A stretch of DNA of 64,000 bases from Chthoniobacteraceae bacterium (GTDB lineage: Bacteria; Verrucomicrobiota; Verrucomicrobiia; Chthoniobacterales; Chthoniobacteraceae). The notes under the pieces were generated by a model, which saw nothing but the letters and a program-made list of their open reading frames with translations, was not told the DNA's origin and searched no databases. The stretch spans positions 1-64,000 of the forward strand of contig JBBCKI010000023.1 in assembly GCA_037190965.1 (NCBI GenBank). Reading direction: 5' to 3'. Positions within the stretch are counted from its first letter, which is position 1. Each line of letters starts with the position of its first letter. Of the stretch, positions 31,959 to 40,505 are shown piece by piece. A program made the translations under genes and the position numbers.

Positions 31959-32123
31959 AGCTTTTTCGGTTTAGAATGTCGCAATGATTTTGCGAGTGCC
32001 GTAGGTTGTTGCGCGGTTTTTCGAGCGCAGTGGCTGTATTTTCAATACTGCCCAAGCTCGAAGGGCCGCGCAACGGCCTGCGCCACCGCAAAGCATGCGA
32101 CAGAATAAGCCGAAAATGCTCTA
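31956..32123 (+). repeat. 168 bp long imperfect hairpin with TAGAGC...GCTCTA ends (MITE-like or structured RNA)
   Basis: End-to-end complementarity read directly from the sequence. Confidence 0.8.
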
Positions 32124-32138
32124 AGCGACCGCTCTTTC

Positions 32139-32171
32139 AGAGCCCCGGAGCAATCCGGGGCTCTTTTTTTT
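32139..32171 (+). terminator. Rho-independent terminator after ahcY
   Basis: AGAGCCCCGGA-GCAA-TCCGGGGCTCT followed by a T-tract. Confidence 0.9.
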
Positions 32172-32219
32172 GTCTGATCTCGAGACAGTCCTGCGGGGAT
32201 GAACACCAACCGCGCCTGA

Positions 32220-32672
32220 TCATCCCCTTTCTTCCGCAAGCGGATTCCAAACTTGTTTGAATCCCAATCCCTCAAAATCCTTAATATTGACGGTTGCAAA
32301 CCGCGTTACGCCTTGCGTAATGAGGGAAAGAGCCATCCGCCAATCATAGGCTCGCCGCCGGGCGAAGTGCTCCGTTCCCAACTTTGGCCAGAACTCATCG
32401 TGAAAAGCCTTGCTATCAGGTGGGAAGCCGATGATCTGCCATCTTGGATGACGCCGGAACGCTTCCGAAACATCCAAAGCTTTTTGAGGGCTCAATGGCT
32501 TTGCGAGAACGGTCGGATTCCTCAGCAGAACGTACAGTTCCAGGAGCGCAAATTCAGAAAGTGCGATATCATCCCGGTCTCCCATCGCCTCAAGGAACGC
32601 CGCCGACTTCCCATGCCAGGGGTTGGTCACCTCGACCGCAGGCAACAGGATATTGGTGTCGATGGAAATCAT
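32220..32672 (-). CDS. vapC: VapC-family PIN-domain toxin
   Basis: [16 protein letters not shown] and ATVNIKDF. ATGA overlap with the antitoxin gene. Confidence 0.9.
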   Translation of the reverse strand: MISIDTNILLPAVEVTNPWHGKSAAFLEAMGDRDDIALSEFALLELYVLLRNPTVLAKPLSPQKALDVSEAFRRHPRWQIIGFPPDSKAFHDEFWPKLGTEHFARRRAYDWRMALSLITQGVTRFATVNIKDFEGLGFKQVWNPLAEERG

Positions 32673-32923
32673 GGACGTTGGTGGCCGGAGCTCTCTTCCT
32701 CCGCCGCGATTTCATGCAATTGCTCAAGGGAAACCTGAAGCTGCCCTCCATCGATTTTGGGAAGTTTCCACGGCTGCCGTGCCTTTTCCGCCGCCGGGTA
32801 ACGGCTTAGCAAAAGCTCCAGCCCTCGCCGGGTCATTTCCGCCAGAGACATTTCGCGTTCCTCTCCAAACTGTTTGGCCCGGCGATAGAGATCATCGGGC
32901 AACTGGATTTGGGTTCGGGTCAT
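32669..32923 (-). CDS. Ribbon-helix-helix antitoxin
   Basis: [17 protein letters not shown]...[11 protein letters not shown]. Confidence 0.85.
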   Translation of the reverse strand: MTRTQIQLPDDLYRRAKQFGEEREMSLAEMTRRGLELLLSRYPAAEKARQPWKLPKIDGGQLQVSLEQLHEIAAEEESSGHQRP

Positions 32924-33106
32924 ACATCATTATTACATCACCATCGAAATCACGTCAACAACCTTGCCGGTGAAGAGCAAAAGCCGGCAATTTCCCTTTT
33001 TAAAAAGAAAACTCGTTTTCTTTCGCGATTTAATTGGTTTCGTGCTCGCCAAGCCGCATCGGCTGACTTATCGTCCTGCGCAATCGCCCTCCGCACCCAA
33101 AACTCT

Positions 33107-34135
33107 ATGGCCAAGACCGAAGCCCTCGTCGAAGACAAGCAGAACGCCGCCCGCAACAAGAATCTCGATCTCGCGATCCAGCAAATTGAGAAAGATTACG
33201 GTTCAGGGGCCATCATGCGCCTGGGCGACAAGACTTCCATGGAAGTGGAAGTCATCCCCTCGGGCAACATCCTGATCGACCGCGCCCTGGGCGTGGGCGG
33301 GTTCCCGCGCGGGCGAATCATCGAGATTTACGGACCGGAATCCTCCGGTAAGACCACGCTCACGCTCACGGTCATCGCGCAGGCTCAGAAGCGCGGCGGT
33401 CTGGCGGCGTTCATCGACGTGGAGCACGCGCTGGATCCCCTTTACGCCCGCAAACTCGGCGTCAATGTGGAAGACCTCCTCGTCTCCCAGCCGAGTTCCG
33501 GCGAAGAAGCGCTCCGCATTTGCGAAACGCTCATCCGTTCCAACGCGCTCGACGTCGTGGTGCTCGACTCCGTGGCCGCCCTCGTGACCAAGGCTGAGCT
33601 CGAAGGCGAGATCGGCGACACCACCGTGGGCGCACAGGCCCGCCTCATGAGCGCCGCGCTGCGGAAGCTCACCGCGCTTATCTCCAAGGCGCGCACCACC
33701 TGCGTTTTCACCAACCAGATCCGCGAAAAGATCGGCGTCATGTTCGGCAACCCGGAGACAACCCCGGGCGGCAAGGCGCTGAAGTTCTACTCCAGCGTCC
33801 GCTGCGACATCCGCCGCATCGGCGCGATCAAACAGAGCGACGGAACGATCACCGGCAACCGGACGAAGCTCAAGGTCGTCAAAAACAAGGTGGCGCCTCC
33901 CTTCACGGAAGCCGAGTTCGACATCATGTACAACGAGGGGATTTCCTCCACGGGCTCGCTCCTCGATCTCGCGCTGGAACAGGGCATTGTCGAAAAACGC
34001 GGCTCCTGGCTTAGCTACAAGGGCAACCAGCTCGCCCAAGGTCGCGATGCCGCCAAAGAGGTGCTCAAGAATGACACCGCGCTCTACGAAGAGCTGGAAG
34101 CGGCCGTGAAGGCGAAGTTGGAAGCTGGGAAGTAA
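33107..34135 (+). CDS. recA: Recombinase A
   Basis: [24 protein letters not shown] and [12 protein letters not shown]. Confidence 0.99.
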   Translation: MAKTEALVEDKQNAARNKNLDLAIQQIEKDYGSGAIMRLGDKTSMEVEVIPSGNILIDRALGVGGFPRGRIIEIYGPESSGKTTLTLTVIAQAQKRGGLAAFIDVEHALDPLYARKLGVNVEDLLVSQPSSGEEALRICETLIRSNALDVVVLDSVAALVTKAELEGEIGDTTVGAQARLMSAALRKLTALISKARTTCVFTNQIREKIGVMFGNPETTPGGKALKFYSSVRCDIRRIGAIKQSDGTITGNRTKLKVVKNKVAPPFTEAEFDIMYNEGISSTGSLLDLALEQGIVEKRGSWLSYKGNQLAQGRDAAKEVLKNDTALYEELEAAVKAKLEAGK

Positions 34136-34157
34136 GCGGTCGCTTTCCGTTTTTGTT

Positions 34158-34193
34158 GGGTGAATCGCGCGTGTTTACAAACGCGATTCACCC
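34158..34193. repeat. 12 bp inverted repeat after recA (terminator or REP-like hairpin)
   Basis: GGGTGAATCGCG-N12-CGCGATTCACCC. Confidence 0.65.
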
Positions 34194-34242
34194 TCCGTTT
34201 AGCGAGCTCACAAAGCCCAGGGCCAGATGCATAGGAACAAGA

Positions 34243-34280
34243 AAGGCCCCCGTTTCACAAACCCGTGAAGCGGAGGCCTT
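34243..34280 (-). terminator. Probable terminator of the VOC gene
   Basis: AAGGCCCCCGTTTCAC...GTGAAGCGGAGGCCTT hairpin just past the stop codon. Confidence 0.6.
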
Positions 34281-34293
34281 GTAGTATTTATGA

Positions 34294-34674
34294 TCAAACC
34301 ATGCTGTGAAGGCCGACGACGTTGCCTTCGGAGTCCTCAAAAATGCCAATGAACCCGTGCGGCGGGATCGGCATGCGGTCGCGGATCACTTTCCCCCCGG
34401 CTCCCGGGATGCGCTGGAGAACCCCGTCGAGATCCCCCTCGACATCGAGGTAAACCAGGGTTCCGCCCGGACCGGGGTTGTGCCCCTCCATCTTGGTGAT
34501 GGCCCCGCCTACCCCGCTCCCATTTTCGCAGCTGCCTTCGGCAAAGAGGCCCATCTGACACCCCTCCATCTCCGCGCCGGCAAGCGGGCGGTTGAGGATC
34601 TTTTCGTAAAACGTTTTGGCCCTCTCAAAGTCTGAAACAAAGATCTCGAACCAGTTGATTGCGTTGGTTTTCAT
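34294..34674 (-). CDS. VOC/glyoxalase/bleomycin-resistance family protein
   Basis: INWFEI...RAKTFYE...DSEGNVVGL. Confidence 0.9.
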   Translation of the reverse strand: MKTNAINWFEIFVSDFERAKTFYEKILNRPLAGAEMEGCQMGLFAEGSCENGSGVGGAITKMEGHNPGPGGTLVYLDVEGDLDGVLQRIPGAGGKVIRDRMPIPPHGFIGIFEDSEGNVVGLHSMV

Positions 34675-34746
34675 AATGAATGGAATCGATTTTGACCGGC
34701 CCGAGGAGTCTGTTCCGCAGGCACGCACGCATTGCACCACAGGGTA

Positions 34747-34764
34747 CTGACAACCCTATGTCAG
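34747..34764. promoter_or_regulatory. Candidate WYL-regulator operator
   Basis: Perfect CTGACA-N6-TGTCAG upstream of the VOC gene. Confidence 0.7.
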
Positions 34765-34773
34765 GAGGGAAAA

Positions 34774-35715
34774 CTATTTTGCATATCGGGCGGCGACGGC
34801 CATCGCCTCTTCCCGCAGCCGCTGCCTCAGTTCCGCGGGATGTTCCACCTCGACCCGGGTGCCAAAACTCAGCAACCAGCGCGTAAGGTACTCCGGCGCA
34901 AAGGAAAGGATCTCGAGGCGTACACGGCCATCCGGCAGCGGCTCCTCGCGCACGGGCGATGAAGGGGCTTCCGCCCGAAAGCGCTCAAGAACTTCGCGAG
35001 CCACCACGAGAACCGTCGGAGTGACTTCCTCGCATTCCATTTCCCTGCGAAGAAATTCTTCCATCGAAAAGTCGGCATGCCCCTCGAAGGTTTCCGACAG
35101 CACTTGCCAGCTTTCCACGCGGTCGAGCCGGAAATCGCGCAAGCTCTCTCTCAGGCGGCACCAGGCGATGAGATGCCATTGTCGCGCGTAAAACACCACG
35201 CCAAGGGGCTCAACGACACGCTCCGTGATTTCGCCCCGCCGTCCCGCGTTATATTGCAGGCTCAGGCACCGACGCCGAACGATGGCTTCCTGCATCGGCA
35301 TCAGATCTTTGCCTCCGGGCATCGATCTGCCGAAGTGAATATTAACCGCACGCTCCAGCCTCGCCATGTAGTCGCGCTGATCCGCGGACAGGACCGCGCG
35401 GATCTTCAACAAGGCCCCGCCGATGGATCGCTTCAGCGATTCGTCCGCCACCTGCCCGGTCACCTCCGCGCCGATGACCAGGGCGGCCGCCTCCTCTTCG
35501 GTAAACATGATCGGCGGCATGTGATAACCCCTTGCCAGACTATAACCGACGCCGGCTTCGGCCACGATGGGGACCCCGGCTTCCCCAAGTGCGGCAATAT
35601 CTCGATAGACCGTTCGGATGCTGATCTCAAAATGCGCCGCAATCTCCTCCGCAGTAATCACACGGCGGCCTTGCAGGAGGAGAATTACCCCGGTGAGTCG
35701 GTCGATCCGGTTCAT
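34774..35715 (-). CDS. YafY-family wHTH-WYL-WCX transcriptional regulator
   Basis: EISIRTVYRDI, VEPLGVV...WHLIAWCRLR...DFRLDR. Confidence 0.93.
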   Translation of the reverse strand: MNRIDRLTGVILLLQGRRVITAEEIAAHFEISIRTVYRDIAALGEAGVPIVAEAGVGYSLARGYHMPPIMFTEEEAAALVIGAEVTGQVADESLKRSIGGALLKIRAVLSADQRDYMARLERAVNIHFGRSMPGGKDLMPMQEAIVRRRCLSLQYNAGRRGEITERVVEPLGVVFYARQWHLIAWCRLRESLRDFRLDRVESWQVLSETFEGHADFSMEEFLRREMECEEVTPTVLVVAREVLERFRAEAPSSPVREEPLPDGRVRLEILSFAPEYLTRWLLSFGTRVEVEHPAELRQRLREEAMAVAARYAK

Positions 35716-35843
35716 CCCTCGCGTATAATCGTCGTTTACCCAAACTCCAAGGCTTCATCCTCATCGACGGTCACTTGCCGCCCTCGGACCTTCGGGATGC
35801 ATCACCTCCCAATGCACCCGGAGTCAGATGACTATGCCTAGAG

Positions 35844-37217
35844 CTAAACCCCCTCGAGCTTCCGCTCGGGATGCCTCGCAGCTTCCTTTCCGCTGGTGAT
35901 CCAGAGCCTCGCCGTAATGGCGAGGGCGGTGAAGATCAAGCCAACGAGGAGTCCTGTCCAAACACCCATCGCTCCCATTTTGGTGTGGAACCCGAGGATA
36001 TAAGCAACCGGTGCCGCGATGCCCCAGTAGGCGATATAGATAAAGGCCATTGGCACTCGCACATCTGCAAGGCCCCGTAAGCCCCCCATGCCGATGATCT
36101 GGCTTGCATCGAAAATTCCGAAGAGACCCGCGATCACCAACAGCGTTACTGTCAAGGCAACCACATCCGGGTCAGAAACAAAGAGCTGTGCAAGCCATGA
36201 GCCGCTCACAAGAAAGAGAATGCTGGAGCAGCTCATAAGCAGGACTCCCAACCCCAAAGCACCAAATGCGATGGGACGGATCCTGAAGTTCTCCTTCGCG
36301 CCGATCACCTGCCCGACCCGTACAGTCACGGCGAGAGCAAGACCCAACGGCACCATAAAAGCAGTGGCCGCACAAGTGAGGGCGACTTGATGTGCCGCGA
36401 GCGCGGTAACGCCGATCCACCCCATCATCAACGTTGCAGAAGCGAACAAGCCAACCTCGCCCAACAGATGCACCGCCGAAGGCCATCCAAGCCGGAAGAG
36501 AATGCCGAATCGCTGGGTAAACGCTTCCCACGTCATGCGTCCAACCAAGTAAGGCCGGTAGCTTTTCTTAAGCAAGATCGCGGAATAGAGCGCAACCACG
36601 ACCGCAATTCGCGCCACCAGGGTGCCGAGTCCCGCGCCCGTGAGCCCCATCTGGGGCATCCCCATGTTCCCGAAGATAAACAGCCAGTTGAGGAAAATAT
36701 TGAGCAACACGCCGCCAATCATGATCCAGAACGGCAGCCAGGGACGGGAAAGTGATTCGGAAAAATCCTTCCCAGTTACCGTGATCAGTGCGGGAACGAT
36801 CGACCATCCGACAAGGATCAGAAAAGCCTTCCCCTCGCGGATCACCTCCGGGTCCTGCCCGAGCAAATGCAGCCACGGCGCGACGATCTGGATCGCCAAC
36901 GCCATCAAACATCCAGCCGCAGCGGCAAGGGCGGTCCCGGCGATCAGGAGTTCTCCCGCCTCGCGATGCTCATTGGCACCAAAGGCTCGTGATACACAGA
37001 TGGAGACAGAGGTGATCAACCCGAAGCCGAAGACCAGGAAAACGTGAACCACCATGATGGCAAAAGCACACGCGGCCAAAGGCACAACGCCGAGGCGGGC
37101 GACCATGATAGTATCGGCCCATCCCATCATCATCTGGCCCAGCTGACCGGCGATCATCGGAGAGGCCAAACCGAGTGTCAGGCGGTTCTCGGCTATTACT
37201 TTTTGAATACGCGACAT
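35844..37217 (-). CDS. MATE-family efflux transporter (NorM-like)
   Basis: DTIMVARLG, NIFLNWLFIFG, AAHQVA and about 12 TM helices. Confidence 0.93.
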   Translation of the reverse strand: MSRIQKVIAENRLTLGLASPMIAGQLGQMMMGWADTIMVARLGVVPLAACAFAIMVVHVFLVFGFGLITSVSICVSRAFGANEHREAGELLIAGTALAAAAGCLMALAIQIVAPWLHLLGQDPEVIREGKAFLILVGWSIVPALITVTGKDFSESLSRPWLPFWIMIGGVLLNIFLNWLFIFGNMGMPQMGLTGAGLGTLVARIAVVVALYSAILLKKSYRPYLVGRMTWEAFTQRFGILFRLGWPSAVHLLGEVGLFASATLMMGWIGVTALAAHQVALTCAATAFMVPLGLALAVTVRVGQVIGAKENFRIRPIAFGALGLGVLLMSCSSILFLVSGSWLAQLFVSDPDVVALTVTLLVIAGLFGIFDASQIIGMGGLRGLADVRVPMAFIYIAYWGIAAPVAYILGFHTKMGAMGVWTGLLVGLIFTALAITARLWITSGKEAARHPERKLEGV

Positions 37218-37266
37218 AAAAATCTTTCTCGTGTTGAAATTCGAAACAAAGCCGCGACGAGAGCAC

Positions 37267-37428
37267 AAAAAAACCCGCCGCGAGAGATTGCGGCGGGTGT
37301 AGAAAAAGCCGGACTGCTTATATCGTCCTGGATACCCCGCCGCTGCACAGGCCATTCCAAGCTGACGCCCCCACGAAGATGGCCGGGGAGCCAGAGGAGG
37401 CTTGGTTAATGAGTGGCTTGGTAAACAT
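37267..37428 (-). promoter_or_regulatory. Putative leader-peptide transcription attenuator upstream of MATE
   Basis: 36-codon uORF at 37428-37318, terminator at 37298-37267 and an antiterminator arm at 37343-37334. Confidence 0.7.
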
Positions 37429-37681
37429 CGAGCCTTACAGCAAAGCAAATATATCGCACTCCATCAAGAGTTTTGTATCAACAATCTTGAGGCAAAACTC
37501 CATCCAACCCGATGAGGCGGGAGCGCGGCGACCGATGCGCATTATTCGGGATCATCAATGCAATTACGGTTTTACTTGTGATTTCAAAAATGAGACCCTA
37601 AAACGACCTCCCCTTGAGAGAGCCCCTCTCCGCGATTTCATTCCGACATTTCCCAGACCACGTCAGCCCAACATTCCACTC

Positions 37682-38830
37682 ATGAAGATCATCAACCTTG
37701 GCGTCATCGGAGCCGAAAGAAGGGGCGTCATTGCTCAATGGGCCCACAAGCCCGAAGCAGGGGTTCGCCTGAAAGCAGCTTGCACGCTCCGCAAGGAAAA
37801 CATCGTCGGGATGAAGGACACGTTCGGGCCGGACTTCTTTATTACAGAGGATTACCGGGAACTTCTCGCGCAACCCGAACTGGATGCCGTCTTCGTCTGC
37901 ACGCCCGACTTTCTTCACGAGGAGCACGCGCTGGCGGCCATTGAAGCGGGCAAACATGTCTATCTCGAAAAGCCGATGGCGATCTCGATCGAAGGTTGCG
38001 ACCGGCTCCTGGCAGCCGCGAAGAAGAAGGGCGTCATTCTCTACCTGGGCCACAACATGCGGTTCATGTCGGTGATGACCAAGATGAAGGAACTGATCAA
38101 CTGTGGAGCCATCGGTGAGGTGCAATCGATCTGGTGCCGCCACTTCATCTCCTATGGCGGTGACGCTTATTTCAGGGACTGGCATTCGGAGCGCCAATTT
38201 GCCCACGGGCTTCTTCTTCAAAAGGGAGCCCACGATATCGACATGATTCACTGGTTCGGAGGAGCCCATACCGTCCGGGTGTCCGGCATGGGCAAGCTGA
38301 GCGTCTATGACCGCCTGCCGCGCCGCAAGGAAGGGGAGCCAACTCCGTCCGTGGACTTCACGAGGTCCAACTGGCCGCCGGAAGCGACCGGAAACTACAG
38401 CCCCATTATCGACGTGGAAGACCACAGCATGGTCATGATGCAGCTGGCCAACGGCGTCCAGGCCTCCTATACGCAAAGCCATTACACACCGGACGACCAG
38501 CGTAACTACACGATCATCGGCACGCGGGGCAGGATCGAAAACTACGGCGATCACTCGACCGATGACAAATGGGCGACGGTCCATCTCTGGAATCGTCGCA
38601 CCGGCTACAATGAAATGGGGCACGAAGTCTACCGGATCGCCCCATTGGACGGATCTCATGGCGGAGCCGATCCGTTGATCATCGATGATTTCATCAACGT
38701 TATCCGTGGCGCAGCCCCTCAAGGCGCGACCCCTATCGATGCCCGCATGGCAGTCGCCGCAGGTTATCTCGCCACGGAATCAATTCGCAACGGAAGCATT
38801 CCGTACGATATCCCGCCGATCAGGGAGTAG
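37682..38830 (+). CDS. Gfo/Idh/MocA-family oxidoreductase
   Basis: AGKHVYLEKP, KGAHDID and SHGGAD. Confidence 0.9.
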   Translation: MKIINLGVIGAERRGVIAQWAHKPEAGVRLKAACTLRKENIVGMKDTFGPDFFITEDYRELLAQPELDAVFVCTPDFLHEEHALAAIEAGKHVYLEKPMAISIEGCDRLLAAAKKKGVILYLGHNMRFMSVMTKMKELINCGAIGEVQSIWCRHFISYGGDAYFRDWHSERQFAHGLLLQKGAHDIDMIHWFGGAHTVRVSGMGKLSVYDRLPRRKEGEPTPSVDFTRSNWPPEATGNYSPIIDVEDHSMVMMQLANGVQASYTQSHYTPDDQRNYTIIGTRGRIENYGDHSTDDKWATVHLWNRRTGYNEMGHEVYRIAPLDGSHGGADPLIIDDFINVIRGAAPQGATPIDARMAVAAGYLATESIRNGSIPYDIPPIRE

Positions 38831-38918
38831 GGGAATACAACAGCCCTGCCCGGCGGCCTTCGCGTCCCGGGTCCATGGACCGCTGTTTTGTCTTTTCTTT
38901 GCCGGGGAGACGATTCTT

Positions 38919-39431
38919 ATGGAATCGCCACTTCCTCTTACCAAGATGTTGAAATTCAATCTCCCGTTCCGTGTGCTGGCGATTCTCGCCTGTACGGTCA
39001 TTGCCTCCGTCGCCCGTGAGTCTGCCACTGTCGCCCCGGAGCAACCCGCCAAAGACAAGGCCGTCGGCTACGATAACAAGATCAAAGTCTCCCCGCTTTT
39101 GATTTCGTCCACCACGGCGGACGGGGCACCGATTGTCTATCCCAAGACCGACAATCCCGAGGTAAGGATTCTCATGATCGATATACCGCCGGGCACCGAG
39201 ACCGGATGGCATAAACACCCAATGCCCTGCTACGGTTATATCGTCTCGGGCAGCATCACGGTCGAACTGGAGAATGGCACGAAAAACAAATTTGAAGCCG
39301 GGCAGGCATTGGCGGAAGTGGTCAACACCCTTCACAACGGGAAGAATACCGGCACGGAAACCACCCGCATCCTGATGGTCGTCACCGGCGCCAAGGATGT
39401 TCCCTCGGCGGTGGCGATTCCAAAGCCTTAA
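38919..39431 (+). CDS. Secreted cupin-domain protein
   Basis: Signal-peptide-like region, GWHKHP and E...HNG. Confidence 0.8.
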   Translation: MESPLPLTKMLKFNLPFRVLAILACTVIASVARESATVAPEQPAKDKAVGYDNKIKVSPLLISSTTADGAPIVYPKTDNPEVRILMIDIPPGTETGWHKHPMPCYGYIVSGSITVELENGTKNKFEAGQALAEVVNTLHNGKNTGTETTRILMVVTGAKDVPSAVAIPKP

Positions 39432-39448
39432 CCTCTCCCAACATCCCT

Positions 39449-39652
39449 ATGCCGTACGTAAACATCCAGATCACCAAAGGGACGACAAGGGAGCAGAAAG
39501 CTCAATTGGTCAAGGAGATTACGAACTCGCTGGTTCGCGTGCTCAACAAAAAGCCCGAACACACGCACATCGTTATTCAGGAGATCGAGGAGGAGAACTG
39601 GGGCTTCTCGGGACTCCTGACCGACGAGTGGAAAGGCCGTCAGCCCCGGTAG
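39449..39652 (+). CDS. 4-oxalocrotonate tautomerase family protein
   Basis: Catalytic Pro after Met (MPYVNI) and ENWGFSG. Confidence 0.9.
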   Translation: MPYVNIQITKGTTREQKAQLVKEITNSLVRVLNKKPEHTHIVIQEIEEENWGFSGLLTDEWKGRQPR

Positions 39653-39680
39653 CCAAGAGGCGCGGGATACGCTCCGAAGC

Positions 39681-40346
39681 TCAAATCACCCGGGGCCCCG
39701 CCAACGCGAGCAGCGCCAACATTCTGCCGGTGCGTCCCTTTTCCATCCGGTAGGAGTAATACCGCTCCAGGTCCGAACCGGTGCAGGCCCCCGGGTCGAT
39801 CACTTCGCCCACCCCCATTTCCCGACATTGCTCGACGATCTCGGCGGCGAAGTCGATTTCGTAGTGCGGAGGCCGGATGCACGGGCTGAGCTGGATGACC
39901 GTGTTCGCGGGCTCTGTGCCGTAAGCGCACTCCATCTTTCGCAGCATGGCCGGGACAATGCCCAGCTCGGTGCCTTTTTTGCCCGAGTGCGCCAGCCCGA
40001 TGCAACCGTTGATGGCATCGACGGCGTAAACCGCGCAGCAGTCCGCCACATAAATCCCGAGGCAGACGTTGGGACGGTTGGTGACAAGCGCGTCAACCCC
40101 CTCCACGGGCGATTGAGTGGTTTCGCCGACTATGGCGACGCCATTGCCATGCACTTGTTGGGCGGTGACGAACGCCATTCCCTCGAACCCCAGATCATAC
40201 CGCGCCTGTTCGTGGTACCCGGCAAGCCGCTCCAGCGCGGTTTCGCGGTCGGCATCGACATCGAGGCCGGCAATGCGACCAATAAAAGCGTTCAAGCAGG
40301 AGCCGCCCGCCGCCAGGGCCGGATAAATTTCAACCGGAGTGCTCAT
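39681..40346 (-). CDS. YfiH/PgeF-family (laccase-domain) protein
   Basis: QQVHG, VADC, AHSGKKG and YYSYR. Confidence 0.88.
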   Translation of the reverse strand: MSTPVEIYPALAAGGSCLNAFIGRIAGLDVDADRETALERLAGYHEQARYDLGFEGMAFVTAQQVHGNGVAIVGETTQSPVEGVDALVTNRPNVCLGIYVADCCAVYAVDAINGCIGLAHSGKKGTELGIVPAMLRKMECAYGTEPANTVIQLSPCIRPPHYEIDFAAEIVEQCREMGVGEVIDPGACTGSDLERYYSYRMEKGRTGRMLALLALAGPRVI

Positions 40347-40505
40347 GGGGAATCTCTCTCGTGGTTCTTTGGTTCAGGCCTCTCCCGCCGCCCGGGCTGA
40401 AAGCCAAATCCATGTTTCACTCTATCTTGCAGCCATCGAGTTGCACGGTCAAATTTCTGTGAGGGAAAATCCCACGATTCCTGACGGTGCGATAACGCCC
40501 TTCGG

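Noticed and set aside
31956..32123. 6S RNA interpretation of the long hairpin
   Set aside because: It lacks the large central bubble and has no room for its own promoter, since it overlaps the ahcY stop. An Rfam search would settle it.
32924..33106. LexA box upstream of recA
   Set aside because: No TGTTC-N4-GAACA (Verrucomicrobia-type) or CTGT-N8-ACAG match was seen.
35716..35843. Short minus-strand frame CIGR*CIPKVRGRQVTVDEDEALEFG as a selenoprotein fragment
   Set aside because: No convincing start, SECIS hairpin or recognisable homology.
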